DNA of 63,326 bases, filler included, from Catajapyx aquilonaris (lineage: Eukaryota), in assembly GCA_000934665.2 (NCBI GenBank). It is 4 parts of 4 records of this genome, joined end to end, with 100 filler letters (N's around TTAATTAATTAA, not from the genome) between each part and the next. Parts side by side here need not be neighbours in the genome. Positions count along the whole stretch, not along the records: positions 31,745 to 47,473 come from JYFJ02007405.1; positions 47,574 to 63,326 come from JYFJ02007406.1; 2 more parts are not named here. One strand, written 5' to 3'. The notes under the pieces are model-generated. The model was not told where the DNA came from. It worked only from the letters and a program-made list of their open reading frames with translations, and did no database searches. Position 1 is the stretch's first letter, and each line of letters starts with the position of its first letter. Made by a program: the position numbers and the translations under genes. Positions 35,704-48,188 of the stretch are shown piece by piece.

Positions 35704-35986
35704 TATTAGTGGGGTCTTAACGTCGGCCTAATTCTGCCTCAAGGCTCAACACCGACGCCAGGGGGTGGTCCTCCTCCTGGAAATTTGGCCACTCTGGGGA
35801 TCTTTAATGTGCACTCGCACAATGTCACAAGCACACGGTACCAACGGCTTTACTTCCCCTCCAAAGGAAGACGCACTCTCACATTTCTACCACCCGGAGA
35901 AAAAAGTCACCAACCTTGGCTGGGTTCGAACCCACAACTTTGGGACCAGAGGCGAGCGCGTTAACCACTAGTCCACCGGCGCCGGC
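35704..35986 (-). mobile_element. tRNA-derived SINE with Deu/Nin-like core
   Basis: Head GCCGGTGGACTAGTGGTTAA..GGTTCGAACCC (A/B boxes); core GGGGAAGTAAAGCCGTTGGTACCG..GTGCACATTAAAGATCCC. Confidence 0.75.
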
Positions 35987-35997
35987 AATGACAGAAA

Positions 35998-36345
35998 GGG
36001 GGGGCGGAGTGGCGCTGTGGTAATACATGTGCCCACGGATGTGAGGGTCCCGGGTTCCATCCCAAGCCCGGGCATTCCCCCCTTCATCTTCTCCAGAGTT
36101 GGGTCGTCTCTGGCTTCGTTTCGGGTGAGATTCCTTCAGACTAACTACCCAGGGGAGTTCACAAAATGACCAAGCAATGACATTGCACTTGCACCTTGCA
36201 CATCCCCTCCCAGTCACCCTGCCCGTGGGCCCAGACGCTTCGTTAAAGGTTCCAAAAATGTACAAATGTACAAGGACATAATAAAGGTCCATGCTACATA
36301 CCTCGCAATGAGGTCAAGCACGACTCGGAGTATTATTATTATTAT
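35998..36345 (+). mobile_element. tRNA-derived SINE family B (copy 1)
   Basis: GGCGGAGTGGCGCTGTGGTAA..GGTTCCATCCC head, GGGGAGTTCACAAAATG body, (ATT)n tail; flanked by GGCAATGACAGA direct repeats. Confidence 0.85.
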
Positions 36346-37322
36346 GGCAATGACAGATGCTTTTATACAGTAGTTGCATATTGTTTCCTAAAAGTGACAC
36401 ATGCCATTCCAAGTCAAATTAGGACACACTGGTGGATAAACCCTCCCATCTTTTGCTACATAAAAAAACCACCAGAATACCCAACTTCATAGGTAATAAA
36501 CCATTCAGTTGATGACCACTTGGTTGTGATCTCAACTGACTTTGGAGGCCAAATCTGATGTCACCACTACTCTCCTTTTGGGGGCCAAAAAACCCTTTAA
36601 CCCCTTTGGGGCCAGCTGTAACCACCATCACCTAATTTTCCACTTACGAGTACTCTGAAGATATTTTACACAAAATAACAGCTATACTTACACGTCCATG
36701 GAAATTACTATGAATGTCTGTTTGGAACAATTTTCCTCATCTAGAAGTCCCTAAATTAATTTCCAACAAGATCGCTGTAAAACTCGAAATTCGAGTATTT
36801 CCGGCCAACTACTTGGCTGATTTAATCATGAAATATGTTAAAATACACAGAATAACAACCTTGGGAATAGTGCCACACGAATTTGCTTAAATCATCGTAC
36901 TTTGTGAGAAATGAATTATTTCTTATCTGCAGCTTTCCTGTTACTTCGTAAATCTCCCAAATTCATTTATTTCTTGCGAAGTACGACAATTTCAGCAACT
37001 TCCTCTGGCAAGGTTCTCAAGGTTAATATTCCGTATATTTTAACGTACAGTAAAACTTCTATAAGGAAACTTCCCTAAGTCGAAGTTCTCTATAAGTCGA
37101 AGAAAATTATGATCTTGGATCGTCACAATGTAAAATAACAGGAAATAAACTTCCCTAACTCGAATTTCTATAACTCGAAGTTCTCCATAACTCGAAGTGC
37201 AAGCAGGGCCTTACGATGGAATATCAATGCATTTTGAGTCTCCCTAAGTCGAAGTTCATGTTGGTGAGTATGGAAAATTTGCTCATTTCCCAGCCGAAGG
37301 GTCGAGAGAAGGCCACATGTAC

Positions 37323-37680
37323 TAAGGTGACCAGACGTCCCGAATTTTCCGGGACAGTCCCGAATTTTCATCCTTTGTCCTGGATTTTTTCAAGGGTCAT
37401 TCGGGACGTCCATTTGTCCCGGATGCGGCCAAGTTGTTCCGGAAAGGAATGAATAAGTCTATTTATTTTATTTATTTTATTTTCCTACCCCATTCGTAGG
37501 GCCGTGGGTAAATAAATTGTGAATGTTCTAAGTGACATCTTGCTTTGTCAGATTGGCTTAGGACATCTGGGCTCGCTTGTAGTACATCTCATTGTCCTAA
37601 TAAGGAATGTTCATTTTCTTTAAGTGGAAATAAACTAGACGGCATACTTTCATTGGTCTTTTACCAATCACTCTCTCTGC

Positions 37681-37717
<37 letters not shown>

Positions 37718-37780
37718 CCCCCCCGGCTTGCGACATAATGAGGCGTCCCGAATTTGGGGTGCGGAAATCTGGTCACCTTA
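37323..37780. mobile_element. hAT-like MITE containing (CA)n
   Basis: TIRs TAAGGTGACCAGA / TCTGGTCACCTTA; CATGTAC duplicated on both flanks; GTCCCG subterminal repeats. Confidence 0.8.
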
Positions 37781-38011
37781 CATGTACAGAAAGGCTCAAT
37801 TTCCTGATCTCCGTCTACCAGACGTACCGAAAGAAGTGTTTGACTTGATTGTGACAATTGAATCCTTGAATCTAAGAGTAGGCAAATGTCCATAACGGAG
37901 TTTTTTTTAACACCAAAACATCAACGAGGAACATTGTAAGTGTTATAGTGACAGTTATTTTAAAGTTTTGAACACCTTTTGTCGCTGGATATAAAGGTAG
38001 GTGTCCTTATA

Positions 38012-38349
38012 ATAATAAGAATAATAATCCTGGGGTAGTGCTTTCACCCCCAAATGGGGGTATATCACACAGACCTTTATTTTATTATTGTACATTGGTG
38101 CCTATTCATTGAAGCGCCCGGGCCCACGGGCAGGATGACAGGAGGTGCAAAGTGCAGTGCGCGGACTGTTATGGGTACATTTTGTGAACTCCCCCGGGTG
38201 GTTTAGTCTAAGGAAATACCACCCGAGACGAAGCCAGAGACGACCTAAACTCTGCACGAGATGAAGGGGGTGTCCCCGGGCTGGGATCGAACCCGGGACC
38301 TTAACATCCCTGGGCGCGTACGTTACCGCAGTGCCACTCCGCCTCCCCT
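38012..38349 (-). mobile_element. SINE family B (copy 2)
   Basis: Reverse-complement match to 35998-36345; 14-bp TSD TAGGTGTCCTTATA. Confidence 0.88.
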
Positions 38350-38784
38350 TAGGTGTCCTTATAGAGTTATGTGCTTAAAAAGTCCAAACTTCTCTAACTC
38401 GAAGTTTTTTTCCCGGTCCCATGGAGATTCGACTTATAGAAGTTTTACTGTATTTCATAATTAAATCAGCCTAACAGTTGGTCAGCAGTTCTAGAATTTC
38501 CAGCTTTTTTTACAGTGATCTTTTTGGAAATTAATTTAGGAACTTCTAGAGGAGGAAAATTGTTCCAAACACATTTATAGCATTTTCATGAACGTGTAAG
38601 TATAGCTGTTATTATTTTGTAAAATATGCGTATCTTGTCCTTATCTTCAGAGTACGTGAAAATCTAGGCGATGGCCTAACGAGGTTGGCCAGCAGGACTT
38701 GAATTTCAAGTTATTACTTTTGAAAATTAATTTAAGGACTACTAGACGAGTGAAAATGATTTCCAACCCATTCATAGTGTAGAG

Positions 38785-40029
38785 CAGTGGTTTTCAAACT
38801 GGGGTACGCGTACAGTGTTGGACATTAATCGAGGCATACTGCTAGGGACATTTTCCGAAGCAGCAGAAGAAGGAATCAAAGATAAGGATACTGCAAGCCA
38901 GGCGAGCAAGATTCCTTCTGCCGGTTTGGAAAATGTCGCTAGCAGTATGCCTCGATTAATGTCCAACACTGAACACAATTTTGGGGGTACGCAAAGGATA
39001 TTGTGCAATGGCGTCCAGTCTCTACATTTGTGGGAACCATATTACTCTTTCAACGAGAATGAACCAACTTAATTATGAGAAAAACACAAAAAAAGATCCT
39101 ACTCATTCCCATCTTTCTTTTTGCTATTAATATTTTAGTGAAGATTTATTATATGCAGAGGCATTTTCTGACTGCTGCCATTTTCATTCAGCACACACGT
39201 TGAAACTCAAGAAGCAACATGGCAGTGTTAACTCGAACAACTGGTTCTATCATTGCGCTTTGAAACATTGTTAAGGATTTTAAAGTAAACTCTGGCTGCA
39301 GAGGCTGATTTCCCTGGCCTAAAAATTTTCGAGTCTCAACGAATTAAACTGGGGACTTCAAGACATCCCCACCAATATATTTAAAGTGCAAAGTAAAATC
39401 GAAGGATTGATCAAAAAATTCCAGTTTTGGGGAAAATGTTATATACAACTATACAAGGTAGCAACTTTTCTTGTTTTCCAACACTCCAAGAATTTCAAAG
39501 CGACAGTGGAGGCCCAGTGGACATCAGTACATGAATCAATTGGCACAATAGTTATTAGAAATGCTTTTTTTTCGAAATGGACATGTCAATCAATATATTA
39601 CATCAGGAGTTTCAGATTTCTTTACCCCTCCCGAACATATCAGTGCAGAATCAGGAAGGGCCAACATTTCTACGATGGGAAGTTGGAAATTTGAAAATAC
39701 CATTCTGAATTGTTGGGCTGAATAAATGGAAGACTATCCGTGCCTGGCATCTAGAGCAGTACTCTGAAGTTCTTAATACCATTTACTTATGTGAAGCTGT
39801 TTTTCATTAACGTCCATGAAAACAAAGTACCGTCATTGACTCTGTGTTGAGAAAGATTTTGTCCCCAATATTAACCATAACTGTGAAAGAAAAAAATCAC
39901 ACCCATCACATTAACTGATATTTGACCACAGTTACTATTTTCAGGTAACAGGTCGGAGTGGGGGTACACACTGTTTTGACAAAATTATTTGAAAAGGGGT
40001 ATGCGACAAAAAAAGTTTGGGAACCACTG
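38785..40029 (+). mobile_element. hAT (Charlie/Buster-like) deletion derivative
   Basis: TIRs CAGTGGTTTTCAAACT / AGTTTGGGAACCACTG; perfect 8-bp TSD GTGTAGAG; relic TYLCEAVF and KTKYR of the dimerisation domain near 39780-39850. Confidence 0.88.
38813..38971. mobile_element. Hairpin MITE (CAGTGYTGGACATTAAT family)
   Basis: Near-perfect foldback; a related element lies at 60932-61189. Confidence 0.8.
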
Positions 40030-41446
40030 GTGTAGAGCATGAACGTGTAAGTGTATCTGTTATTATTTGTAAAATATCTTGTTATCTTCAGAGTGAGCAA
40101 TTCCAGCGTTAGGGACGGGACAATCGCACGCGCAAGTGGGGACAGATCGCAGGTCCTGCGATGTAATATGCAAGTGATAATGTAACACCTATGGCACAGG
40201 GAACAAGAAGGATCTGAACTTTCACCTAGTGTGTTAAATGACCACTTTCAAATGCACACAAGAGGACCAGCAGGGTTATTGTGCGCGTTATTAGGGACGA
40301 GACATAAGTAAAACGGCCTTACAGGAAGGGGTTTACTACCTTATATGAAATTCCTGCGAATAATATGAGGTTGTGACACTTTCTTATGCAGAGTCAATTG
40401 TCAGAACAGTGTTTTCATATAACAAATTGACTCACAGAGCAATATATTTTCTCCTACCATAAATTTTTTGTAACCCTTGCCGGTTGACATTATCGAGGAA
40501 TTGCTCGAGTACCAGCAAGCCAAAGTCTAGGGGATGCACAATGTGTCCAAACGGGCCAAAAATGGAAAAACCAAATTGGTCGAATCTTGTCAAATCTGCC
40601 CTAATGTAAGAAAGCAATGTCTGAACAATAATAAAAATCACTTCGGTAGCTTCAATTGAGATGGGTTTTATACCAGGCAAGTACTCAAGTCGAGTGTTCT
40701 CCTGCCACCTTTTTGGGTCAATTCAGTCAGCTTTGAATGGTCCTGGAAGAAAGGTCACTTCCTTTCCAAATTCAGGCTCATCTGGATTTTAAGCTGTGCA
40801 TAAAATACCTCTGGCTAAGTACTACCTTGGTACTACTTACTCTCATGTAGCAGATTGAATGTGACCTTGAAATGCCGGTGCCAGTCGTTCTTTTGTTGAG
40901 GCTTCCATTAAATGCATATCATAACATTCCTCTCATTTTAAATACGTAACGTTGCGGATTACACAAAATCACTTCGAATCACACATTAAACGAAAGACTA
41001 GACTCCCCCAGTTATAGACTCACTTCGTTTCAAGTCCACATGAGTCCACATTTTTCTAAAAGGAGGTCATATTTGTCAGGGTAGCAGCATGCTACCCTGA
41101 CAAAAGGTGCAATTATGTGCCCTTAAAACAAAGTGAATCTATAACTGGGGAATCGAGTCGTTTGTTTGGTGTGTCATTCGAAGTAAAATTCGCTACTTTT
41201 TGTCAAAAAAATCAGAGGAAAGTCGTGACCCCATCGTGGCAAATACATGTGGAGTGGGAGCCATTGTCCAAGCATTCACATTGTTTAGCCACACTGTGTG
41301 ATGGCAGTATAGCTACAGGCCTACTCTGCAGCAATCCTTTTGGAAATTAATTTAGGGACTTCTAGACGAGGAAAATTGTTCCAAACACATACATAGCGTA
41401 GAGCATGAACGTGTAAGTATAGCTGTCATTATTGGTAAAATATCTT

Positions 41447-41557
41447 GGGTGGAATTTTCGTCGTACTACTATAGTTACTGCTAACTTAGAAGTACCATTG
41501 CATTACACTGGTACTGCTAAGTTAAAAGTAACTAGTAGTACAATGAAAATTCCACCC
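41447..41557. mobile_element. ~110-bp hairpin MITE with GGGTGGAAT termini and 3-bp TSD
   Basis: TSD is CTT; a second copy at 61583-61691 has TSD ATT. Confidence 0.8.
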
Positions 41558-42187
41558 CTTATTTTTTATCTTCAGAGTAGGCCTACATGTAAGTTTAACA
41601 GAAATGAAAATCTAGGCGATAGAGGTATACCTGGGCCCCAAGGGGTTAACACATCTTAAAAAATTGATATCTCAATTCCCTGAAGCTGTTCTGTCAATTT
41701 TCACCAATTTTGACCTCCTGCAACCTCATTTTCATACAGGCAGTCACAGAAAGCAAAGCTATTGTGCCATTATTTTTGCAAATGGGAAAATGTCTTATTT
41801 ACAACCAGCCCCAGGTTCACCCCTGACAGCACTCTTTTAGTCCCTCCACCTTCCCTGGTCATCATTACCCATCCCTTGCTGTCTCATCTTTCTTTCTCCC
41901 TCTGCTATACCCGCCACCGACTTGATCCCATACCATTACCCCCTGAACCCATCTGCCCCGGCCAGAAAACTGCCCCCAATGCCACTCCAACTTTCATCCA
42001 GCATGCCGCACCCTCCAAGTACCTCACCCATCATTTCCAATTTTGGTCAAACACCATCCCTCAGTATAAAAAGGATCTGTATGGATGGCCCCATGGAACT
42101 GGCCACCCCCTAACTCCGCTCATGTGTTTTCCCAGGGGCCTCCAGCATGAATGCATATGAGATGTAAATAAGGGCCATTCAGATGAA

Positions 42188-43219
42188 AAAGAGCCATGGT
42201 CATATAGAAAATTGCCGGATGGGTTTGTCACGACATCTTATACACAAAACGAAGGCCGTACCGGTGTAGTATTATGACACACTGACAGTTGGCCATTCGA
42301 TCACTCGACACAGTCACAGTGTGCTTTTATTCAGGACTCCCCTACCCAAGTGAAAAAGACCGTCCACTCAGATATGAAAGATGAGACAGTGGAAATCTGT
42401 TTTTGAACAGCGAAAAGTGTCGGGAGTACAGAAATCCAGCTCTGTATGAGTACTGTGTATGAAAACTGTATGTCTTCCTCACGTGTTAGATCCTGGAATA
42501 AGTAGTTTACTTGCCCTGGCCTGGAATCACCAGTTAACGACGACCGCCCCTCTCAGAACCGCATCCTCCAGGCTCTAACACGTGAGAAAGACATACAGTT
42601 TTTGTACACAGTACTCATACATAGATGGATATTTCTGTACAACTCGTCAACTCCTGACACCTTCCGCGGTTCAAAGACAGACTACCACTGGCTGATAAAT
42701 GATCAACAATCGTTGCTTCCATATCTGAGTGGACGGTCTTTTTCACTGTGTGTCGGTGTGGACACGTATTGCTATCCTTGTGAGGAATTTTTGACGCGTT
42801 TTTCCTATCCTTGTGAGGAATTTTGTCATTACGAGGTAGTTTTCCTGTACCTCATAGTGAACACACGCCTCACAAGGATAGGGAAAAATCGAAAAAATAC
42901 CTCATAAAAACAGTAAAAATATATTTCACCAAAATTTCGTGTGTTTCCTTGTAGGTTAGGTTAGGTTAGTTTTAAATTTTAAATTTGGGAAAAACCTCAC
43001 AAGGATAGGAATGCGCGCCTGTGTGTGTGTGTGGGGAGGGAGAGAGAAAGAGAGAAAGAACTAGAAGGTGTCCTGAACAAAAGCACACTGTGACTGTGTC
43101 GAGTGATCGAATGGCCATCTGTCAGTGTGTCATAATACTACACCGGTACGGCCTGCGTTTTGTGTATAAGATGTCGCAACAAACCCATCTGGAAATTTGC
43201 TATATGACTGTGGCTCTTT
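42188..43219. mobile_element. ~1-kb foldback element with a nested ~260-bp insertion
   Basis: 42188-42340 is inverted to 43068-43219, and 42350-42500 is inverted to 42567-42746. The insertion at ~42760-43019 has CTATCCTTGTGAGG ends and a short (GGTTA)n. Confidence 0.85.
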
Positions 43220-44356
43220 CGAACCCTTTCGAATTCCAACTCAACTGGCACATAAAAAGCTTCTGTTACATATCTGAAACAGGTGACAGCAATAATTAAG
43301 GGTCACCAACATCAATGCACCCGTTACCAATACTTTGCACTTGCTTCCGGACAGACTTACAGATAATGGGATTCCTCATTTATAAAATACAAGTGATCAT
43401 GTAACTGCAACCACATGAGTTGTTACCAAAAGTGCAATTACAGCGGTCCATGAGACACCACTCCCACAACACAGTCTATTTGGACCACAATCATGCTGGG
43501 AGGTAAATTTACTACAGTAGACTCCAGCTATAAGCCTATAACAGACTTCAAGGGACTGACAGTGGGGCAGATTTGAGGAAAAGGGGACAAATTTTTTAAA
43601 GACAGTGAGTGTACAGTGTAAAAAGTATCATATGACATTATCATCACCTTTGAGCATCACAAATGAGCAGTAATTAACCACAGCTGGACTTAGAAACTTG
43701 GCCAGCTGCCCAAATAGGGCAGATATGTAAAGGCATTCTGCCACCCTCTTCTTCAGTGAGGTGTTTCGCCCTAAGTTGGTGGAATGTTCTTTGGCTCTCC
43801 AATTTTTGTGGCCAATTTCCCACTATGGTGTCTGTGTTTCAAAGTATGAGCTACATCCTCGTCACATTTTTGATACTCTGATACATCATCTTCGAAAGTA
43901 ATCTTCATGTTGAAATAGGTGCCTTTTTATAATGCTAATGCAAATAAGAACACAGTGTTCTTGTCATACAAAACTCACGTCACGCTGCGCCCCTGAGATA
44001 TGTTATGTGGTAAGACAAAGTTTAAGCCCTTGGCAACTTGAAAAATCGAACTTTGGCTGCACTAACTTGCACTCAATTAATATTAAAAATACAATCCCCC
44101 CCCCCCCCCCCAGGTACGGAATCTAATTTAATTTAATCGAACATTATGTATGAAAACTTTCGCTGTAAGTGAGTCACCGCTGCCAAATAGCCTATGGGCT
44201 GACCAGGCCTGTGATAGGCCTTACAGCCCAACTTCAAGAGATTGTAAAAATCCGTCGTCATATATATGGAAGTACGGCAGGACCAGACTTTTGCATCTAC
44301 TATAACTGAGGTTGTTATATAAAGATAATATAAAGAAAGGTTAACTACAATAATTA

Positions 44357-44852
44357 CCTCCACAGAGGCTTGGCCATTATCTTCATGAGAATCACCTCTT
44401 TGACCCATCAATGGGCCCTCACTGTTGCCCTGTACTTCATTTTGGGCCAACATTGGTGGATTTGTCAGGTCCCTTATAGTGCCTTGTGAGTCTAGAAGGA
44501 CAACAGCCAGGCGACGCTTATTTAGCATGAACGTGTCGACATCCTGCTGGGTGAGTCCATTGAAGGTCTTCGACGTCCTCACAAGGCAGTCAACAGCTTC
44601 GTCCAAGCAGGCCATTTCCTTCATGATGCACGTAACTTCCTTATGCCTTTCTGCCTCGGACGGAGGGGGCAAGCAGTTTTTGGCTCGAACGATGCGCTTG
44701 GTGGTTATTTCTACCCGATGCATCTCCTTCTGGATGGAGTGCACAGTATGGGGAAGTCGTCTGGCCTCCTGAGTGCGAAGTTCATTCCCTTCATGCTGCA
44801 GCTGGCAATTCTTCTCCTCCAGGGCTCTCATCTCCATGTCCATGGCAAGCAC
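44357..44852 (-). other. Unassigned coding-like exon (helical/coiled-coil), possibly pseudogenic
   Basis: A 239-codon open frame whose protein-like composition stops at a GAG|GTAATT donor near 44357. An in-frame TGA lies just upstream. No family recognised. Confidence 0.3.
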
Positions 44853-46340
44853 ACGTATGGCAACAACGCTTTCAACGTGTCAGAGACCCCTGAGGTCAGT
44901 GGTGTCCGAAAACTCTGGAAAATAAGTGCAGAAAACGTGTGATTTAGATTAGGGCGAAGGTGAAGTCCATGCCAATGACTGCTGCACTGCGCCGCCGATC
45001 CCTCTTCTGTCTGTAGTGTCGTCTACACGAACAACTAAACTTTCTTTCAGAGGCTGAACAGCACGAGTCTGACACAGACTACCGAATCCGGCGTGAAACG
45101 TACACTTTCGACGTTCCAGTGCTCCACTATAGGCTCCGCTAGTGAGGTTCGCTCCGTGTCGAATGATTCGGATTTGGGAAGTTCCGTACTCCGTGCGTAG
45201 ATCGGCAAGGACCGGTTGGCTGGGTTGGCCAGCGTTTCCGATTCCCGCGTGGCGTCGCTGGTGACACCTTGCCGGCAACCCACTGCACTACTTGTTCCCT
45301 TCTCTGCCACCAGTGACCAGTCCACCCTCCACCATTCTTCCACTACGCGTGGAACATGTGCAACGATAACCGATAGTACCTGCAACGGCACATGTGCATT
45401 GCACCTGTGCCTACAAGAAATATGACACATCATTTCTTTTGGGGGGGGGGGGGAGGGGGGGACGTCAATCAGGCANGGCACTTTTATGATCCTATAATGT
45501 CGATCAGGTAGGGTATTACCGGTATTACTTATCTTTGCATGCAGGTATTACCACGAATTAGCGATATTACTTCGCCCTATAACGTGCGCTTCTAGTAATA
45601 TGCAGATAACAGTGTATCACTTTTGCAACTTAAAAATACACCTTATAACCCCTTCGCTACCAGATAGGCCCGAACCACGTAGATTTTGGCTTAAGCGTAC
45701 TCCGAAGATACAGACAAGATATTTTACAAATAATAACAGCTATAGGCCTACTTACCCGATCTGGGAAAACGCTATGATTGAATGTGTCTGGAACAATTTT
45801 ACTCCTCTAGAAGGCCCGGAATTAATTTCCAAAAAAAGGCTATAAGAACTGGAAATCCGAGTACTGCTGATCAACTGTTAGGCTGATTTAATTATGAAAT
45901 ATATTAAAATATCCTGAGTATGTACCTTGAGAACTGCTTGGAGATGAATTTGCTGAAATAGTCATACCGTACTTCGCGAGAAGCAAATAAATTTGGGAGT
46001 TTTCCCAAATGCACTCCGAAGCCTTTCCTGCCACAATGCTGTAGCCTCCACAAAAGTTCTTGGTCTGGTTTTCCTGACAATCCAGCACAGCGTGACACTA
46101 ATATCCATTTGAATTAAATCGACTGAAAGTTATGAAGTAGATAACACCAAATGCCACTTTACGACGCACCTTGCATATTAGGCAACCTGTATATAAGGGT
46201 GTAATAACATGCAAAATCACCTAATATTCACCTGTGTGACGAGAACAAAACCTGCGATCATCTCTGTGATGGATCAAATTTTTGGATAACAGTGTGGGAG
46301 GGATTTATACAAATGACAGCAAAGACTTCGTCACAAAATA

Positions 46341-46657
46341 CACTGGGACCCTGTTGATCAGACCTCTGATTATCCGACTGTCCCACTCTAACAATAAATC
46401 TGTTTTCTCATCAAATACGGTAATGCAGGCCTACTAATAATTTGTTTTGTATTGTCTTAATTAAATCTTAAACAGTAGAGTGTGTACCTAAAAGATAAAT
46501 ACTTCACTATTTCTTAGAAAAGTGTCATATTGTACATTATTTAATGATTTTGTATGCTTTTTGTTTGTGCTTTCCTTTGCTCCTCTGATTATCCGACCTT
46601 TTCTGTTATCCGCCAATGCCCCAATCCTGTGGGTGACGGATAATCAGGGTTCTACTG
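46341..46657. mobile_element. pogo/Tigger-like MITE
   Basis: TA-flanked CACTGGGACCCTG / CAGGGTTCTACTG ends with GATTATCCG subterminal repeats. Confidence 0.6.
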
Positions 46658-47473
46658 TAGATTGAAAAGATTTGAAATGGAAGGAAGCAATAGTCCCTAA
46701 TTTTAAAAATTACTATGAAATTTTCCAAACAAAACAGTATGCCACTAGGAGAAACCATTATTTTGTTTACATATGCTACAAAATTCCCCTCAAAGTCCCT
46801 AATCTGGACATAACATGGTAAATAAAACTTTTTAAAAAATATATATGCTACAAAAACTGGTGTAAAAAAGTTCTGGGAATGGGAAAATCTTCCATTAAAT
46901 GAATTTGGAGTTTTGCCTTTCATGTTCCCAGGTTTTCAATTTATTTAGGAAAGTTCATAACTATAGATACTGTTGCCATCCCTGAGTCAGCACAATATAT
47001 ATTAGCCCGACTCAGCGCAAGCTAAGCAGCACTCTATCAGATGTTGAGACATCCTTAATAGCTCAAACGTGTGTAAATGCCCCGCAGCTGGTAATAAAGA
47101 AAACAATAGCTAGCTGAGGTCAGCTTATTGATCAGTATAAATACTGGACTCTTCTGATGTAAAGTCAGTCAGTGCTCCAGCACCAGTGCGAGGAAACATC
47201 ACACCTACGGAATACTGTATAGGTAAATATGGCAACATACCCCCTCCCTATGTGTAAAGTTATGGGTCCACAAGGACACATACTTTTCACTACACAATAA
47301 CTCAATACAAGTTTATAACAATGGGAATATTAAGGTGAACAAAAGATTTTGAATAGGTCATGTGGGTGCCAAGTCGGAGTTTCAGAGTGTGTGATGTGAC
47401 GTGTGATGGTAGAGGCCAAGACTCCTGAAGTGGGATTCCAGCGTCATCAGTTGCTGCTTATTGCTTCAGTGTT

Positions 47474-47573
47474 NNNNNNNNNNNNNNNNNNNNNNNNNNN
47501 NNNNNNNNNNNNNNNNNTTAATTAATTAANNNNNNNNNNNNNNNNNNNNNNNNNNNNNNNNNNNNNNNNNNNN
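47474..47573. other. Artificial contig linker
   Basis: N44-TTAATTAATTAA-N44. Confidence 0.97.
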
Positions 47574-47944
47574 TATTCAACGAATCCCCTATAATTCCCT
47601 ACTGCCGCATTACGGATCACCTTTAAAACAACTCTAAAGGGGATATTAAAGGTGACCGGACTAAGAGTGTATAGTTAGTGAGTTATTAAGGAAACGCACA
47701 CCAAGTTTACGCTGGAGTGCAAATCACTCAAAGTAACGGTTTCTTTGGCCTATCAGATTCTCCTCATTTTGCAACCTTTTGTACCACCAATGTCGAGTTT
47801 TGCACCCCTCTCCTTATGCGAAAAAAATCCACTCAAAGTTTCGCGCGGGAGCGCGGGTCATGCAAATTGTGACTTTGGAAAAAAAGTGGTATATATCACT
47901 CCAGGTTCACCTTTTTGGTGATTTGACTTTTTTCAGCATTTAAA

Positions 47945-48188
47945 ACCAAATATTCCTCGGCTTTAAAATAAATGAATTCTTCTTAGTCTAACAAACTGTC
48001 AGGGACCCCCATAGTATGGAAAAAGACTACGATTTCCATAAGCAACCCATGTATACGCGTGTATTTTTTTTAACGCGTAGGCGTACATGGTTATGGAAAT
48101 CGTAGTCTTTTTCCATACTGATGGGGGTCCCTGACTGGTTGTTAGACTAAGAAGAATTCATTTATTTTAAAGCCGAGGAATATTTGGT
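47945..48188. repeat. ~245-bp inverted repeat (foldback MITE)
   Basis: ACCAAATATTCCTCGGCTTTAAAATAAATGAATTCTTCTTAGTCTAACAA and its reverse complement, with a short spacer. Confidence 0.9.

Larger units (their letters stand above)
37048..38450. mobile_element. pogo/Tigger-like MITE
   Basis: TA|CAGTAAAACTTCTATAAG ... CTTATAGAAGTTTTACTG|TA. Confidence 0.85.
36601..41645. mobile_element. piggyBac-like non-autonomous element(s) with nested insertions
   Basis: TTAA|CCCCTTTGGGGCCAG ... CTGGGCCCCAAGGGG|TTAA. The long subterminal repeat (GGAACAATTTTCCTC..CTAAATTAATTTCCAA) recurs at ~38520, ~38720, ~41340 and ~45780. Confidence 0.7.

Noticed and set aside
35940..36070. tRNA genes at SINE heads (also ~38280-38349, ~55075-55144, ~59530-59599, ~60850-60918)
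   Set aside because: Each continues into a shared body and a simple-repeat tail with TSDs, so they are SINEs.
42950..42970. (TTAGG)n as an arthropod telomere
   Set aside because: Only about 3 units, internal to a small inverted-repeat element.
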